A stretch of 64,000 nt of DNA from an uncultured beta proteobacterium. GTDB lineage: Bacteria; Pseudomonadota; Gammaproteobacteria; Burkholderiales; Casimicrobiaceae. A program made the position numbers and the translations under genes. Under the pieces are notes generated by a model. That model was not told the origin of the DNA. It saw only the letters and a list, made by a program, of their open reading frames with translations, and did not search any database. Below are positions 21,578 to 37,357 of the stretch, piece by piece. Every line of letters begins with the position of its first letter. Within the stretch, counting starts at the first letter, position 1. The stretch spans positions 99,162-163,161 of the forward strand of contig CAVRVC010000007.1 of NCBI GenBank assembly GCA_963724545.1, in the 5' to 3' direction.

Positions 21578-23194
21578 TTAGCCGCAGGTAATCGTCGCGG
21601 TGAAGCTCTTTTGCGGCACGCTCGAATCGAAGATGACGACCGACGTCGGTCCGCTACCCGCAACCAAGCCGGTGATCGTCGTGCTGCCGCCGCTGGCCGC
21701 GATGGACGACGGCGCCGCCGTGCCATTGCTCGGCCTGACGGTGTAGGGCGGCGTGCCGCCAAACACCACGAAACTGAAGCTCTTGCCGGTGCACCCCGTC
21801 GTCGCCGGGGGACCCGCAGATGGCGCGGGCACGCTGACCGACGGCGGCTCCGCAGACAATGCTGGTGCGGCGCTGCACGTGATGGTCGCCGAGGCGCTCT
21901 TCTGCGGCGAGCTCGCGTCGAGGAACAGGATGGTCGTGTCGCCGCTCCCCGTAATCAAACCGCTTATGAGGGTGTTACCGCCGGCCGTGGCAACTGTCTG
22001 CGGCGAAGCCGTGCCCGAGGAAGGCCTCACGTTGTAGGGCGGCGTGCCGCCGAACGCGAAAAATGTGAACGTCTTCCCGGTGCACGCTTCATTCGTTACC
22101 GTAGTAGGCGACACCGCAAGAGCAGCGGGCGGCGTCGGCGTCGGCGCGTCTTCGGTTCCCTCGACGTTGTGGAGCAGCGTGGTGACCTGCCGACCGGTCG
22201 CGTCGAGGATCGAAAACACCAGCGGATCGAGGCACGTGCCATTGGTGATCGCCTCGAAGAACCCGCCGTTGGTGTTGACGGTCGGGTTGACAAGCGTAAC
22301 CCCGGTGGGGAACGTCGACGTGACGCGGTAGGGCGGCGTGCCGCCATAGATGTAATAGTCGGTGGCGAACCCGGTCGTGCAAAAGCCCTTGAACGGACCC
22401 TTGATCGTGGCGTCCGTCGGCACGACCGTCAGGATCGCCGTCCCATCGGTGATCTGCACGATCGTGAAGTTGCCTACCAATTGCAGCCCTGTCGCGACGT
22501 CGGTGACGCTCATCTGCGCGGCCTGCGTCGGCGCGTTGACGTTCGCCTTGATGATCACGGCGGCGGTCCCCGCGACGTCGGTCGGCACCGTCAGCGACGA
22601 CGCGAGCGGCTGCCCCGGGTTGTTGGTGACGATGGCATAGGCCGTACCGATGACGTCGAACCGGATGGCGCGTCCCGCAATCCGATCGCCCTGTGTCCCG
22701 CGCAAGGTGACCTGCGCCGTAGCCGTCTGGCCGGAACACAACGAGGTGCCGCAGTCGGCGAGGGCCGGAACGATCGTGAAACCATTGACGAGCGCCGACT
22801 CGCGCACGGTGACGGCGACCGTCTGTGACGGGGCGGCGGGCGAAAGCGGCCCGAGGTCCTGTACCGTGATGTTGACGCCGACGTCGGCGTCGCTGGCGAC
22901 ATTGCTCGCGAGGAGCAAGATGGTGCGTCCCGGCACGTTCTGCGCGACGGGAAGGACGCCGGGATTGGACGAAAATGCCTGGAAGGGGCCGGCTCCGCCG
23001 GTGATCGTGAGCAGCATCGGAACGCCGGAATAGGCGACGACGTCAGTGCTGGGGAGAACGGTGAACGCGCTCTTGAAGACATTGTTCGGCGCCCCGCTCC
23101 CGCCGCCGCAGGCGCTGAGGGCGAGTACTCCCGCGACAGCGGCGAGGCCGGTGAGCGATCTCAGCCAACCGGCGAAGAGGCGGTTTTCCGTCAT
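21578..23194 (-). CDS. secreted lipoprotein with Ig-like (Big/He_PIG-type, GGTPPY) repeat modules
   Basis: Lipobox VLALSAC at Cys29. One invasin/Big-like module (residues about 140-245). Three Cys-bounded modules carry YGGTPPY or FGGTPPY. No catalytic motif seen. Confidence 0.7.
   Translation of the reverse strand: MTENRLFAGWLRSLTGLAAVAGVLALSACGGGSGAPNNVFKSAFTVLPSTDVVAYSGVPMLLTITGGAGPFQAFSSNPGVLPVAQNVPGRTILLLASNVASDADVGVNITVQDLGPLSPAAPSQTVAVTVRESALVNGFTIVPALADCGTSLCSGQTATAQVTLRGTQGDRIAGRAIRFDVIGTAYAIVTNNPGQPLASSLTVPTDVAGTAAVIIKANVNAPTQAAQMSVTDVATGLQLVGNFTIVQITDGTAILTVVPTDATIKGPFKGFCTTGFATDYYIYGGTPPYRVTSTFPTGVTLVNPTVNTNGGFFEAITNGTCLDPLVFSILDATGRQVTTLLHNVEGTEDAPTPTPPAALAVSPTTVTNEACTGKTFTFFAFGGTPPYNVRPSSGTASPQTVATAGGNTLISGLITGSGDTTILFLDASSPQKSASATITCSAAPALSAEPPSVSVPAPSAGPPATTGCTGKSFSFVVFGGTPPYTVRPSNGTAAPSSIAASGGSTTITGLVAGSGPTSVVIFDSSVPQKSFTATITCG
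21584..22084 (-). repeat. tandem duplicated 70-aa Cys-to-Cys modules inside the lipoprotein gene
   Basis: Residues 371-440 (CTGKTFTFFAFGGTPPYNVRPS...SASATITC) match residues 468-537 (CTGKSFSFVVFGGTPPYTVRPS...FTATITC) at 43/70 positions. A 27-aa Pro/Ser/Ala linker separates them. Confidence 0.9.
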
Positions 23195-23497
23195 GATGGG
23201 ATTCCCGATGATATTGTCCTAAGGAGGGCGGGGTGGCCGTGCTGTTTTGGGTGTAGCAACAAGCATCTAGCCCATTCTCTTGAGATTAAAGCCTAAGTTT
23301 GCCCCCGGCGCAAGTCTTTTGGCTCGTTCCAATTGACCGTGAGTCGGAACCTGTTGCGCCCCTCGCCTCTTGCGCTTCCCGGTGCCTTGTCGCATTGCAG
23401 CATCGCTGCTAGTCTACGAAGGTTTCGCCCGTCCCGGGCAAGCCGCGACCGGCGCCTCCAAAATGGGCCCCGGACGGCACGTCGCAGCGGTGAGGTC

Positions 23498-28210
<4,713 letters not shown>

Positions 28211-28232
28211 TGCACCTCTTGGGCAATCGCTG

Positions 28233-29669
28233 ATGGGCAAGATCACGGGCTTCATGGAGCTCGCGCGCATCCAGGAGGCCTCGCTGCCGCCGCAGGAGCG
28301 CGTGACGAATTACCGCGAATTCGTGCTGGCGCTCACGGACGACGCGGCCTCGTCGCAGGCCGCGCGCTGCATGGACTGCGGCATCCCCTTCTGCCAGAGC
28401 GGTTGCCCGGTCAATAACGTCATCCCCGACTGGAACGATCTCGTCTACCGCCATCAGTGGCGCGAGGCGCTCGACGTCCTGCACTCGACGAACAATTTTC
28501 CCGAGTTCACCGGTCGGATCTGTCCGGCGCCTTGCGAAGCCGCGTGCACGCTCAACATCAACGACGACGCCGTCGGCATCAAGTCGATCGAGCATTTCAT
28601 CATCGACAAGGGGTGGGACGAAGGCTGGGTGCTGCCGCAGCGCCCGGCGACGAAGACCGGCAGGCGGGTCGCTGTCGTCGGCTCCGGGCCGGCGGGGCTC
28701 GCCTGTGCGCAGCAGCTCGCGCGCGCCGGCCACGACGTCGTGCTCTACGAGAAGGCGGATCGCATCGGCGGCCTGCTTCGCTACGGGATCCCCGACTTCA
28801 AGATGGAGCGGCACCTCGTCGATCGGCGCATGGCGCAGATGTCGCTCGAGGGTGTTACGTTCCGGCCGGGCGTGCACGTCGGCAAGGACGTCGCGGCCGA
28901 GTCGCTCCTCGCCGAATACGGGGCGGTCGTGCTGACGGGCGGCGCGGAAGCGCCGCGCGATCTCCCGGTGCCCGGCCGCGATCTCGCGGGCATCCACTTC
29001 GCGATGGAGTTCCTGCCGCAGCAGAATCGGGTGGTCGCAGGCGACCAGGTGCAGGGGCAGATCCTCGCGACCGGGAAGCACGTCGTCGTGATCGGCGGCG
29101 GCGACACGGGATCGGACTGCGTGGGCACGTCGAATCGCCAGCGGGCGCAGTCGATCACGCAGTTCGAGCTCTTGCCGCAGCCGCCGGAGCAGGAGGACAA
29201 GCCGTTGGTCTGGCCTTATTGGCCGATCAAGCTCCGCACGTCGTCGTCGCATCAGGAAGGCTGCCAGCGCGACTGGGCGGTGGCGACCAAGCGCTTCGAA
29301 GGCACGGACGGGCGCGTGGAGAAGCTCGTCGCCGTGCGCGTCGAATGGCGGAAGGACGCGAGCGGCACGATGAAGATGGCCGAGGTTCCGGGATCCGAGT
29401 TCGAGATGAAGGCCGATCTGGTGCTGTTGGCGATGGGCTTTCTCGGACCCGTATACGAAGGCCTGCTCCAGCAGCTCGGCGTCGAAAAGGACTCGCGCAG
29501 CAACGTGCGCGCCGACACGGAGAATTACCGGACGTCGGTGCCGAAGGTGTTCGCGGCCGGCGACCTGCGCCGCGGCCAGTCGCTGGTCGTCTGGGCGATC
29601 CGCGAGGGCCGCCAGTGCGCGCGCGCGGTCGACCTCTTCCTGATGGGCCGCAGCGAGCTGCCCCGCTGA
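28233..29669 (+). CDS. gltD: glutamate synthase small subunit
   Basis: ATG at 28233. [61 protein letters not shown]. Confidence 0.94.
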   Translation: MGKITGFMELARIQEASLPPQERVTNYREFVLALTDDAASSQAARCMDCGIPFCQSGCPVNNVIPDWNDLVYRHQWREALDVLHSTNNFPEFTGRICPAPCEAACTLNINDDAVGIKSIEHFIIDKGWDEGWVLPQRPATKTGRRVAVVGSGPAGLACAQQLARAGHDVVLYEKADRIGGLLRYGIPDFKMERHLVDRRMAQMSLEGVTFRPGVHVGKDVAAESLLAEYGAVVLTGGAEAPRDLPVPGRDLAGIHFAMEFLPQQNRVVAGDQVQGQILATGKHVVVIGGGDTGSDCVGTSNRQRAQSITQFELLPQPPEQEDKPLVWPYWPIKLRTSSSHQEGCQRDWAVATKRFEGTDGRVEKLVAVRVEWRKDASGTMKMAEVPGSEFEMKADLVLLAMGFLGPVYEGLLQQLGVEKDSRSNVRADTENYRTSVPKVFAAGDLRRGQSLVVWAIREGRQCARAVDLFLMGRSELPR

Positions 29670-29739
29670 TTCGAGACGGATCGACGACGCTCGTGGTGCC
29701 GGCCTTGCCGGACACGCGCGGCACCTTTACGCTCGCACG

Positions 29740-30837
29740 ATGCCAACGCTCCAGAACGACGCTTTCCTTCGCGCGCTGCGCCGCGAACCCACGCCGCATA
29801 CGCCGATCTGGCTGATGCGGCAGGCGGGGCGTTACCTGCCCGAGTACAACGCGACGCGTGCGAAGGCGGGAAGCTTTCTCGCGCTCGCCAAGACGCCGTC
29901 GCTCGCGACCGAGGTCACGCTGCAGCCACTCGACCGGTTCCCGCTGGACGCGGCCATCCTGTTCTCGGACATCCTGACCGTGCCGGATGCGATGGGACTC
30001 GGGCTCCATTTCGCGGAGGGTGAGGGACCGGCGTTCGCGCAAGCCACGCGCGACGAGGCGGCGATCGGCCGCCTCGAAGTGCCCGACATGGCGAAGTTGC
30101 GTTACGTGTTCGACGCGGTGCGGGAGATCAAGCGCGCGCTCTCCGGCCGTGTTCCGCTGATCGGCTTCGCGGGCAGTCCATTCACGCTCGCGTGCTACAT
30201 GATCGAAGGATCCGGCAGCGCCGACTTCGCCACGGTGCGCCGCATGGCGCATGGGCGGCCCGACCTGCTGCGCCGTCTGGTGGACGTCAACGCGCGCGCG
30301 GTGGCCGCCTATCTCGGCGAACAGATTCGCGCCGGGGTCGACGCGGTGATGCTGTTCGACACCTGGGGCGGATTGCTCACCTCCGAGGCCTATCGCGCGT
30401 TCTCGCTCGATTCGATGCGCTCGATCCTGGGCGCGCTGCCCGCTGCCGCGGACGGCGTGCCCGTGCCCTCGATCGTGTTCACGAAGGGTGGCGGGCAATG
30501 GCTCGATTCGATCGCCGCGTGCGGCGCCGCGTGCGTGGGGCTCGACTGGACGGTCGATCTGGCCGACGCGCGCCGGCGCGTCGGTAGCCGGGTCGCGTTG
30601 CAGGGCAATCTCGATCCGCAGGTGCTGCTCGCGGACGCGCCCGCGATCGTTCGCGAAGCGACGCGGATCGTCCGCGCCGCGGGTCCGGCGCCGGGACATG
30701 TGTTCAATCTCGGGCATGGCATCGTTCCCCAGACTCCTCCGGACCACGTCGCGCTGCTGATCGAAACGGTCCGGCGCGAATCGCGTGCGATGCGCGCTGA
30801 GGCGCTCCCGGCGCGCAACGCGGCGGGCTCCGAGTAG
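29740..30837 (+). CDS. hemE: uroporphyrinogen decarboxylase
   Basis: [31 protein letters not shown]...[12 protein letters not shown]...[15 protein letters not shown]. Confidence 0.93.
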   Translation: MPTLQNDAFLRALRREPTPHTPIWLMRQAGRYLPEYNATRAKAGSFLALAKTPSLATEVTLQPLDRFPLDAAILFSDILTVPDAMGLGLHFAEGEGPAFAQATRDEAAIGRLEVPDMAKLRYVFDAVREIKRALSGRVPLIGFAGSPFTLACYMIEGSGSADFATVRRMAHGRPDLLRRLVDVNARAVAAYLGEQIRAGVDAVMLFDTWGGLLTSEAYRAFSLDSMRSILGALPAAADGVPVPSIVFTKGGGQWLDSIAACGAACVGLDWTVDLADARRRVGSRVALQGNLDPQVLLADAPAIVREATRIVRAAGPAPGHVFNLGHGIVPQTPPDHVALLIETVRRESRAMRAEALPARNAAGSE

Positions 30838-30970
30838 CGGGCGCCAAGCGAAAATCGTTGCGCGGGGGCTTGACAAAGGGGATTTGTCCGTTGCCAAGCG
30901 GCGCAGTTATGCACACGTGACCGCCCACTTCACCGCGCGATCGAGCCTCGCGGCGGCCATGGGCACGGCC

Positions 30971-30988
30971 GTTTCAATTCGTTGAAAC
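30971..30988. other. perfect 7-bp hairpin with a UUCG tetraloop in the hemE-priA spacer
   Basis: gtttcaa-ttcg-ttgaaac. An A-run lies 3' on the plus strand. It sits in an unusually AT-rich 360-bp intergenic region. Confidence 0.6.
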
Positions 30989-31197
30989 AAAACGTGAAAA
31001 TAGCCGCGTCCGGGGCGCCATCGCGGCTGCCTTCGCCCGCGGATCCCCGAGGAGCGAAATGGTGTCGATGGGTTACCCACAAGTTTGTCCACAGACCCTT
31101 GTGGAGCAGAAGATCTGCCCGCGTTATAAACCAATGACTTGCCCGAAATAGCTGTGGACGTGTTGAGCATTTCGCACACTACAACCCGGGTCCGGCC

Positions 31198-33204
31198 GTG
31201 ACGATCGCCCGCATCGCGCTTCCCGTCGCCGCATCGGGCGCGTTCGACTACTGGGTTCCTGACGGACTCACCGTCGAACCCGGGGCCGTGGCGCGCGTGC
31301 GCCTCGCGCGCCGAATTCTCTCCGGCGTCGTCGTCGCCGTGGTGTCGGACTCCGACGTGCCGCACGAGAAGCTGCAACCGATCGTCGAGCTCCGGCAGGA
31401 CGTGCCGCCGCTGCCCGCCGACATCCTCGGTCTCGCGGAATTCGTCGCGAAGTACTACCAGGAGCCGATCGGCCTGGTCCTCGCGCAGATGCTGCCGCCG
31501 CTCGCGGCGGCAGCGCCCCGAGCGCGACCGGCGCGCGGATCCGCGTCGGCGGACGATGCCGCCTTCGCCGAAGTAGCGCAAAGCATGGCGCTCAATCCCG
31601 ATCAGCAGAGCGCCGCATCGGCGATCGTTTCCGCCGCAGGATCGTTCGCGCCCTTTCTGCTCCAGGGCGTCACCGGGAGCGGCAAGACCGAGGTGTACCT
31701 CGCCGCCGCCGCCGAATGCATGTCCGCGGGCGGACAGGTGCTGATCCTCGTGCCGGAGATCAACCTGACCCCGCAATTCCGGCAGCGCCTGGCCGCGGCG
31801 CTTCCCGCAAGGCGAACCGTGACGCTGCACAGCAGGCTCCCGGCGCGCGAGCGCCTGCGGAACTGGTGCGAAGCGGCGAGCGGCACGGCCGATCTCGTTC
31901 TCGGCACGCGGCTCGCGGTCTTCGCGCCCTTGCCGCGGCTCGGGCTCATCGTCGTCGACGAGGAGCACGATCCCTCGTTCAAGCAGCAGGATGGCGTCCG
32001 CTACCACGGCCGCGACGTCGCGGTGTGGCGCGCGCGGCAACGGGGCGTGCCCGTGGTGCTCGGCAGCGCGACACCGTCGCTCGAGACGCTCGTCCATGCG
32101 CAGAGCGGCCGCTATCGGTGGCAGAAGCTGCCGCAGCGCGCAATCGCGCCGGCCCGCGAGCCCGCCGTGGTCATCGTGCCGAGCCGCGACGCGACGGCCC
32201 TCGAGGGGATCGGCGCGCCGCTCGAGGCGGCGCTCGCGGCCCGGCTCGCGCGCGGCGAGCAATCGCTGGTGTTCGTCAACCGGCGCGGATTCGCGCTGTC
32301 GCTCCTGTGCTCGTCGTGCGGCTGGCAGGCGGGCTGTCCCCGATGCAGCGCGCGACTCATCGTCCATCGGGAGACGGCGGACCTCCGCTGCCATCATTGC
32401 GGTCACCGCGAGCGCCTCGCGCGCGCTTGTCCCGAGTGCGGCAATGTCGACCTGGTGCCGCTCGGGCACGGCACGCAGCGGCTCGAGCGCGCGCTCGCCG
32501 CGCGATTTCCCGGCGCCCGCATCGAGCGCATCGATCGCGACAGCACGCGGCGCAAGGGGGCTTTCGCCGGCGTGCGCGAGCGTGTGCACGCGGGCGACGT
32601 CGACATTCTCGTCGGCACGCAGATGCTCGCGAAAGGCCACGATTTCCCGCGGCTGACGCTGGTCGGCGTCGTCGGCGCCGACAATGCGCTCTACAGCGGC
32701 GACTTCCGAGCGACGGAACGGCTCGCGGCGCTGCTGTTCCAGGTGGCCGGGCGCGCGGGACGGGCCGATCTTGCCGGCGAAGTGATCCTGCAGACGGACT
32801 TTCCGACGCACGCGCTCGCTCGCTCGCTCGTGGCCCACGACTACGAAAGCTTCGCCGAAACCCTGCTTGCGGAGCGGCGCGCGGCGATGCTTCCCCCCTT
32901 CGCGCACCTCGCGATGCTGGTGGCCGAAGCGGCGCAACGCGAGATGGTCGACGCCTTCCTCGCTGCGGCGAGCGAAGCGGGCCGCGCCGCGGCGCGCGAG
33001 GGGCGATGGTCGGTCGAGGTGTTTCCGCCCGTGCCGGCGAGCCTGCCGCGACGCGCGGGACTGGAGCGCGGACAGGTGCTGGCGCACGCCATCGAGCGAA
33101 GCGAGATGCAGCGCTTCCTTCCGCATTGGCGCGAAGCGATCGCGGCCTTGCCGGGCCGTCGCGTCCGCTGGGCGCTCGACGTCGATCCGCTGGGATTCGC
33201 GTGA
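31198..33204 (+). CDS. priA: primosomal replication protein N' (PriA helicase)
   Basis: [13 protein letters not shown] (Walker A), IVVDEEHD (DEEH box), Cys-rich zinc region [27 protein letters not shown] start at 31198; the start is uncertain. Confidence 0.9.
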   Translation: MTIARIALPVAASGAFDYWVPDGLTVEPGAVARVRLARRILSGVVVAVVSDSDVPHEKLQPIVELRQDVPPLPADILGLAEFVAKYYQEPIGLVLAQMLPPLAAAAPRARPARGSASADDAAFAEVAQSMALNPDQQSAASAIVSAAGSFAPFLLQGVTGSGKTEVYLAAAAECMSAGGQVLILVPEINLTPQFRQRLAAALPARRTVTLHSRLPARERLRNWCEAASGTADLVLGTRLAVFAPLPRLGLIVVDEEHDPSFKQQDGVRYHGRDVAVWRARQRGVPVVLGSATPSLETLVHAQSGRYRWQKLPQRAIAPAREPAVVIVPSRDATALEGIGAPLEAALAARLARGEQSLVFVNRRGFALSLLCSSCGWQAGCPRCSARLIVHRETADLRCHHCGHRERLARACPECGNVDLVPLGHGTQRLERALAARFPGARIERIDRDSTRRKGAFAGVRERVHAGDVDILVGTQMLAKGHDFPRLTLVGVVGADNALYSGDFRATERLAALLFQVAGRAGRADLAGEVILQTDFPTHALARSLVAHDYESFAETLLAERRAAMLPPFAHLAMLVAEAAQREMVDAFLAAASEAGRAAAREGRWSVEVFPPVPASLPRRAGLERGQVLAHAIERSEMQRFLPHWREAIAALPGRRVRWALDVDPLGFA

Positions 33205-33364
33205 GCGATCGAGAGGGAGCGGGGGTACGTGCAGCTATAATCCGTCGTTGCGTCGCCGCAAGCGATGCAATGACTCCGCGGGTTGGAGCGGCGCGTACCG
33301 CGCCGTTCGATTCGCGGTTCCCGTGCCACCGGTGACCGATGCTCGCCGAAGTCCGGCGTCTCCC

Positions 33365-35008
33365 ATGACCGATCTTCGCAGCCGACTGACGGAAATGCTG
33401 GCTCGCGGCGTCGAGGCCGTTGCGCCCGAACGCGTGGCGATGCCGATCGAGCTCGATCGCCCGAAGCAGGCGCAGCATGGCGATTTCGCGTCGAACGTCG
33501 CGTTGCAGCTCGCAAAGGCCGAGAAGCGAAATCCGCGCGAGCTCGCGAAGTCGCTCGTGGCTGCGCTCCCGCCCTCCGAATGGGTGGAGAAGGTCGAGAT
33601 CGCGGGCGCGGGATTCATCAACATCTTCGTCACGCCCGCCGCGCGGCAGGCGGTGGTGAAGGACATCCTCGTCGAAGGCGAGCGATTCGGTCGCAGCGAG
33701 TCGCGGCGCGGCGAGCGCGTGATGGTCGAGTTCGTGTCGGCGAATCCGACCGGACCGCTGCACGTCGGCCATGGCCGCCAGGCGGCGCTGGGAGACGCGC
33801 TCTCGCGCCTCATCGAATGGCAGGGCGCCGCCGTGACGCGCGAGTTCTACTACAACGACGCGGGCCAGCAGATCGAGAATCTCGCGGTGTCGGTGCGCGT
33901 GCGCGCGCAGCAGCTCCTGGGCGAGCACGCGAGCCTGCCGGAAGACGGTTATCGCGGCGACTACATCCGCGAATTGGCGCAGCGTTATCTGGACGAGGTC
34001 GGACACGACCTGGGCGACATCGAATCGATACGCCGGTTCGCGGTGGCCGAGCTCCGGCGCGAGCAGGACCGCGACCTCACGGCATTCGGCGTGCGGTTCG
34101 ACAACTATTTCCTCGAGAGCTCGCTCTATTCCGACGGTCGCGTGGCCGCGACGATCGAGCGGCTGACGGCGTCGGGCAGGACGTACGAGGCCGAAGGCGC
34201 GCTGTGGCTCAAGACCACGGAGCTCGGCGACGACAAGGATCGCGTAATGAGGAAGTCGGACGGCGGATACACGTACTTCGTGCCCGACGTCGCGTACCAC
34301 GTGACGAAGTGGGAGCGCGGCTACACCAAGGTGATCAACATCCAGGGCTCCGACCACCACAGCACGATCACGCGCGTGCGGGCGGGACTGCAGGCGATCG
34401 GGCTGGGGATTCCGTCCGGCTACCCCGACTACGTCATCCACAAGATGGTCACCGTCATGAAAGGCGGCGAGGAGGTCAAGATCAGCAAGCGCGCGGGAAG
34501 CTACCTCACGCTGCGCGAGCTGATCGACGAAGTCGGCCGCGACGCGGTCCGGTTCTTCCTGGTGGCCCGCAAGGCCGAGAGCGAATTCACGTTCGACATC
34601 GATCTCGCGCGGTCGCAGACGCTCGACAATCCTGTGTACTACGTGCAGTACGCCAACGCGCGCGTCGAATCCGTGATGCGGCAGGCGGATTTGACACCCG
34701 ACATGCGGGCGCGGTTGCGCGATGCGGACCTGGCGCCGCTGACGAGCCCGTACGAGGACGCGCTGCTGCGCCGCCTGGCGGCCTTACCCGCGGAGCTCGC
34801 GCTGGCCGCGCGCGAGCTCGCGCCGCATCTCGTGACCGCCTACCTCAAGGAATTGGCCGCCGAATTCCACAGCTACTATAATGCCGAGCGGTTTCTGGTC
34901 GACGATCCCGTCACGCAGCGGGCGCGGCTCGCGCTGGTGGCCGCGACGGGGCAGGTCGTGCGCAACGGCCTCTCCGTGCTGGGGATCAGCGCGCCGGATC
35001 AGATGTGA
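33365..35008 (+). CDS. argS: arginine--tRNA ligase
   Basis: ORF 32867..35008 trimmed to the ATG at 33365. [14 protein letters not shown] (HIGH-type motif), [13 protein letters not shown] (KMSK-like motif), and an anticodon-binding C-terminus ending ...GISAPDQM. Confidence 0.92.
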   Translation: MTDLRSRLTEMLARGVEAVAPERVAMPIELDRPKQAQHGDFASNVALQLAKAEKRNPRELAKSLVAALPPSEWVEKVEIAGAGFINIFVTPAARQAVVKDILVEGERFGRSESRRGERVMVEFVSANPTGPLHVGHGRQAALGDALSRLIEWQGAAVTREFYYNDAGQQIENLAVSVRVRAQQLLGEHASLPEDGYRGDYIRELAQRYLDEVGHDLGDIESIRRFAVAELRREQDRDLTAFGVRFDNYFLESSLYSDGRVAATIERLTASGRTYEAEGALWLKTTELGDDKDRVMRKSDGGYTYFVPDVAYHVTKWERGYTKVINIQGSDHHSTITRVRAGLQAIGLGIPSGYPDYVIHKMVTVMKGGEEVKISKRAGSYLTLRELIDEVGRDAVRFFLVARKAESEFTFDIDLARSQTLDNPVYYVQYANARVESVMRQADLTPDMRARLRDADLAPLTSPYEDALLRRLAALPAELALAARELAPHLVTAYLKELAAEFHSYYNAERFLVDDPVTQRARLALVAATGQVVRNGLSVLGISAPDQM

Positions 35009-35063
35009 CGCCGGGCTGCCGATTCAACTGCGCGAAGCTGCGCAAGACTGCGTGAACCGCGCG

Positions 35064-35726
35064 ATGACTTCCCGAACCGACCGCCGACCGCAGCGTCCCG
35101 CCGACACGAGGCGCCGCTCCCCTGCGTCCCGCCGATCCGGCGTCGGGGGAACGCTCGTCGGCATCTTCATCGGCGTTGCGCTGGGCCTCGCGCTGGCGGC
35201 GGGCGTGGCCTTCTATCTGCTGAAGGCGGGCAATCCCTATCTCGCGTCGAGTGCGCCGCGGGAGACCCCGCGCGAGGCGGCGAAGGACGCTTCCAAGTCG
35301 GCGCGAACCGAACCGGCCGGCGCGGAGAAGCCGCGATTCGATTTCTACAAGATCCTGCCGGGGGTCGAGGAGCCGAAGGTCCAGCCGAAGACCGGCGACC
35401 GTGCGACGACCGATCGCGCCATCACGCCCGACAAGGCGGTGGCGAAGGTCGACGAACGCGCCGCCCCGTCCGCCGACAAGACGACGAAGGCGGCGGAACG
35501 ATACTGGCTGCAGGCGGGGTCCTTCGGCAACGAAGCCGACGCCGAGAATCTGAAGGCGCGACTTGCGTTCGCGGGCTGGGAGGCGGCGGTCCAGTCGGCG
35601 AATCTGCCGGACAAGGGCGTTCGCTATCGCGTGCGCCTCGGACCCTACGACAACACCGACGAGCTCAACCGCGTCAAGGGCGAGCTCGCCAAGCGGGGCT
35701 TCGACGTCGCGGTGATCAAGTTCTGA
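35064..35726 (+). CDS. SPOR domain-containing membrane protein
   Basis: ATG at 35064. Basic N-terminus, a TM helix (LVGIFIGVALGLALAAGVAFYL), a low-complexity linker, and a C-terminal SPOR-like YWLQAGSFGNEADAENLKARLAFAGW...YRVRLGPY. Confidence 0.85.
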   Translation: MTSRTDRRPQRPADTRRRSPASRRSGVGGTLVGIFIGVALGLALAAGVAFYLLKAGNPYLASSAPRETPREAAKDASKSARTEPAGAEKPRFDFYKILPGVEEPKVQPKTGDRATTDRAITPDKAVAKVDERAAPSADKTTKAAERYWLQAGSFGNEADAENLKARLAFAGWEAAVQSANLPDKGVRYRVRLGPYDNTDELNRVKGELAKRGFDVAVIKF

Positions 35727-35839
35727 CGGCTCTGCCCGGGCGCGGCACCCGGCGAAGGGCAACGAAGGGGAGATGTGCCGGGAACTCGCGTCGTCGCGAG
35801 GGGACCAACGAGCGTTAACGTCCGATGGAGAATGCGAAC

Positions 35840-36546
35840 ATGCACCCGCTTTTCACACTTTCGCGCCGCGTGGCCGTCCTCTTGATGGCATGCACGGCGG
35901 TGCTGTCGCTTGGCGCGGCCGCGCAGATGGCCGCGCCGCAGGAAGGCAACCAATACCTGCGGCTCCAGAATCCGCAGCCGGTCGAGACCGGCAAGAAGAT
36001 CGAGGTCATCGAGTTCTTTTCCTATGGCTGCCCGCATTGCGGCGAATTCGAGCCGATCCTGCAGGGTTGGCTCAAGACGGCGCCGCCGGACGTGCAGTTC
36101 CGCCGCATCCCGGTGATGTTCCAGGATCGCTGGGTGCCGCTGGCGAAGATCTATTACACGCTCGAGGCGCTCGGCGAGGAGTCGCGCCTTTCGCCGGATG
36201 TGTTCGTCGCGCTGCACGCGAAGGGGCTTCCGCTGTGGCAGGACAAGACGTTCTTCGACTGGGCGGCGAGCCAGGGTCTCGACCGCAAGAAGGTCGAGGA
36301 CATGTACAACTCGTTCGGGATCGGCGGCAAGGTCAACCGCGCCCGCATGGCGGCGCAGGCCTACAAGATCCAGTCGGTGCCGCATGATCGTCGTCGACGG
36401 CAAGTTCGTCAGCAATCGCGTGCCGTCGCACGCCGCGATGCCGGCGGTGATCGATGCCCTGGTCGCGAAGGCCCGCGCCGAGCGACCGAAGACGAGCTGC
36501 CGCGGGTCGCTGGTTCCTCGCCCGGCAGCGGCTGCGCGCGACGTGA
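35840..36546 (+). pseudogene. dsbA: thiol:disulfide interchange protein DsbA, frameshifted (about 36383; probably a second shift near the 3' end)
   Basis: Signal peptide, then IEVIEFFSYGCPHCGEFEP (CPHC). ...AYKIQSVP continues in the next frame as MIVVDGKFVSNRV...IDALVAKARAE (gtgccg[c]atgatc). The 3' end is inferred from the TGA at 36544-36546, which shares a GTGA with the next gene. That end is uncertain. Confidence 0.8.
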
Positions 36547-37323
36547 GCCCGTCAGCGCGGGAACGTCTTCATCACCGGCGCCAGCAGCGGCACTCGGTGC
36601 CGCGCTCGCGCGGCGATTACGCCGCGGACGACGGGGTGGTCGGATTGTTTGCGCGCCGCCGCGCCGAGCTCGACGCTCTCGCCGCCGCGCTGCCGGCCGG
36701 CCGCACGGCGGTGTACGAGGGCGATGTGCGCGACGCCGATGCGCTCGCTCGCGCCGCCGCGGATTTCATCGCGCGCTTCGGCGCACCCGAGGTCGTCATC
36801 GCCAACGCCGGCATTTCGCGGGGCGCGCTGACCGAGCGCGAAGAGGACCTGCCGACGTTCCGCGCGGTCTTCGACACGAACGTCCTCGGGCTCGTGCACA
36901 CGTTTCGCCCGTTCATCGCATCGATGCAGGCCGCCGGCGGCGGTGCGCTCGTCGGCATCGCGAGCATCGCCGGCTTTCGCGGCTTGCCGGGCTCGGGCGC
37001 GTATTCCGCGTCGAAGGCCGCGGCCATCGCCTACCTCGAGAGCCTGCGCGTCGAGCAGAGGGACACCGGGGTCGCGGTGCTCACGATCTGCCCCGGCTAC
37101 ATCGCGACGCCGATGACCGAGAAGAATCCGTATCCGATGCCGTTCCTGCTCGGCGCGGACGAAGCGGCGCGGCGGATCGTCCGCGCGATCGAGCGCCGCA
37201 GGCGCTTCTACGTGCTGCCGTGGCCGATGGCGATCGTCGGGCGCGTGCTCTCGCGTGCTGCCGCGCCCGCTCTACGATGCGCTGTTCGCGCACGCGCCGC
37301 GCAAGCCGCGGCCGCCCGGGTGA
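36543..37323 (+). pseudogene. short-chain dehydrogenase/reductase with four +1 frameshifts (about 36561, 36592, 36613, 37257)
   Basis: Read across frames: VSPSAR | NVFITGASSG | LGAALAR | DYAADDGVVGLFARR...IANAGI...GSGAYSASKAAAIAY (YxxxK)...FYVLPWPMAIVGRVLSR | LPRPLYDALFAHAPRKPRPPG*. Confidence 0.8.
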
Positions 37324-37327
37324 GACA

Positions 37328-37357
37328 AGACGGCCGGCGCCGGCCGGCGCAAGCCGT
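37328..37357. terminator. GC-rich palindromic hairpin between convergent SDR and autotransporter genes
   Basis: gacggccggcgccggccggcgcaagccgtc. It contains the perfect 16-nt palindrome cggccggcgccggccg (also a direct 10-mer x2) with outer arms gacggc/gccgtc. Confidence 0.5.

Noticed and set aside
23320-23336. TGGCTC-N-TTGA, a possible sigma-54 (-24/-12) promoter upstream of gltB
   Set aside because: GG-to-GC spacing is two nucleotides too long and the -12 GC is missing (TTGA instead of TTGC).
31085-31160. DnaA-box-like sequences as evidence for a replication origin
   Set aside because: There is only one near-consensus box. No AT-rich 13-mer unwinding region is present, no dnaA, dnaN or gidA neighbours, and only one GATC. 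At most this is a single regulatory site.
37331-37350. Direct 10-mer repeat cggccggcgc x2 as a possible CRISPR or tandem-repeat array
   Set aside because: There are only two copies with no spacers. It is simply part of a palindromic hairpin between convergent genes.
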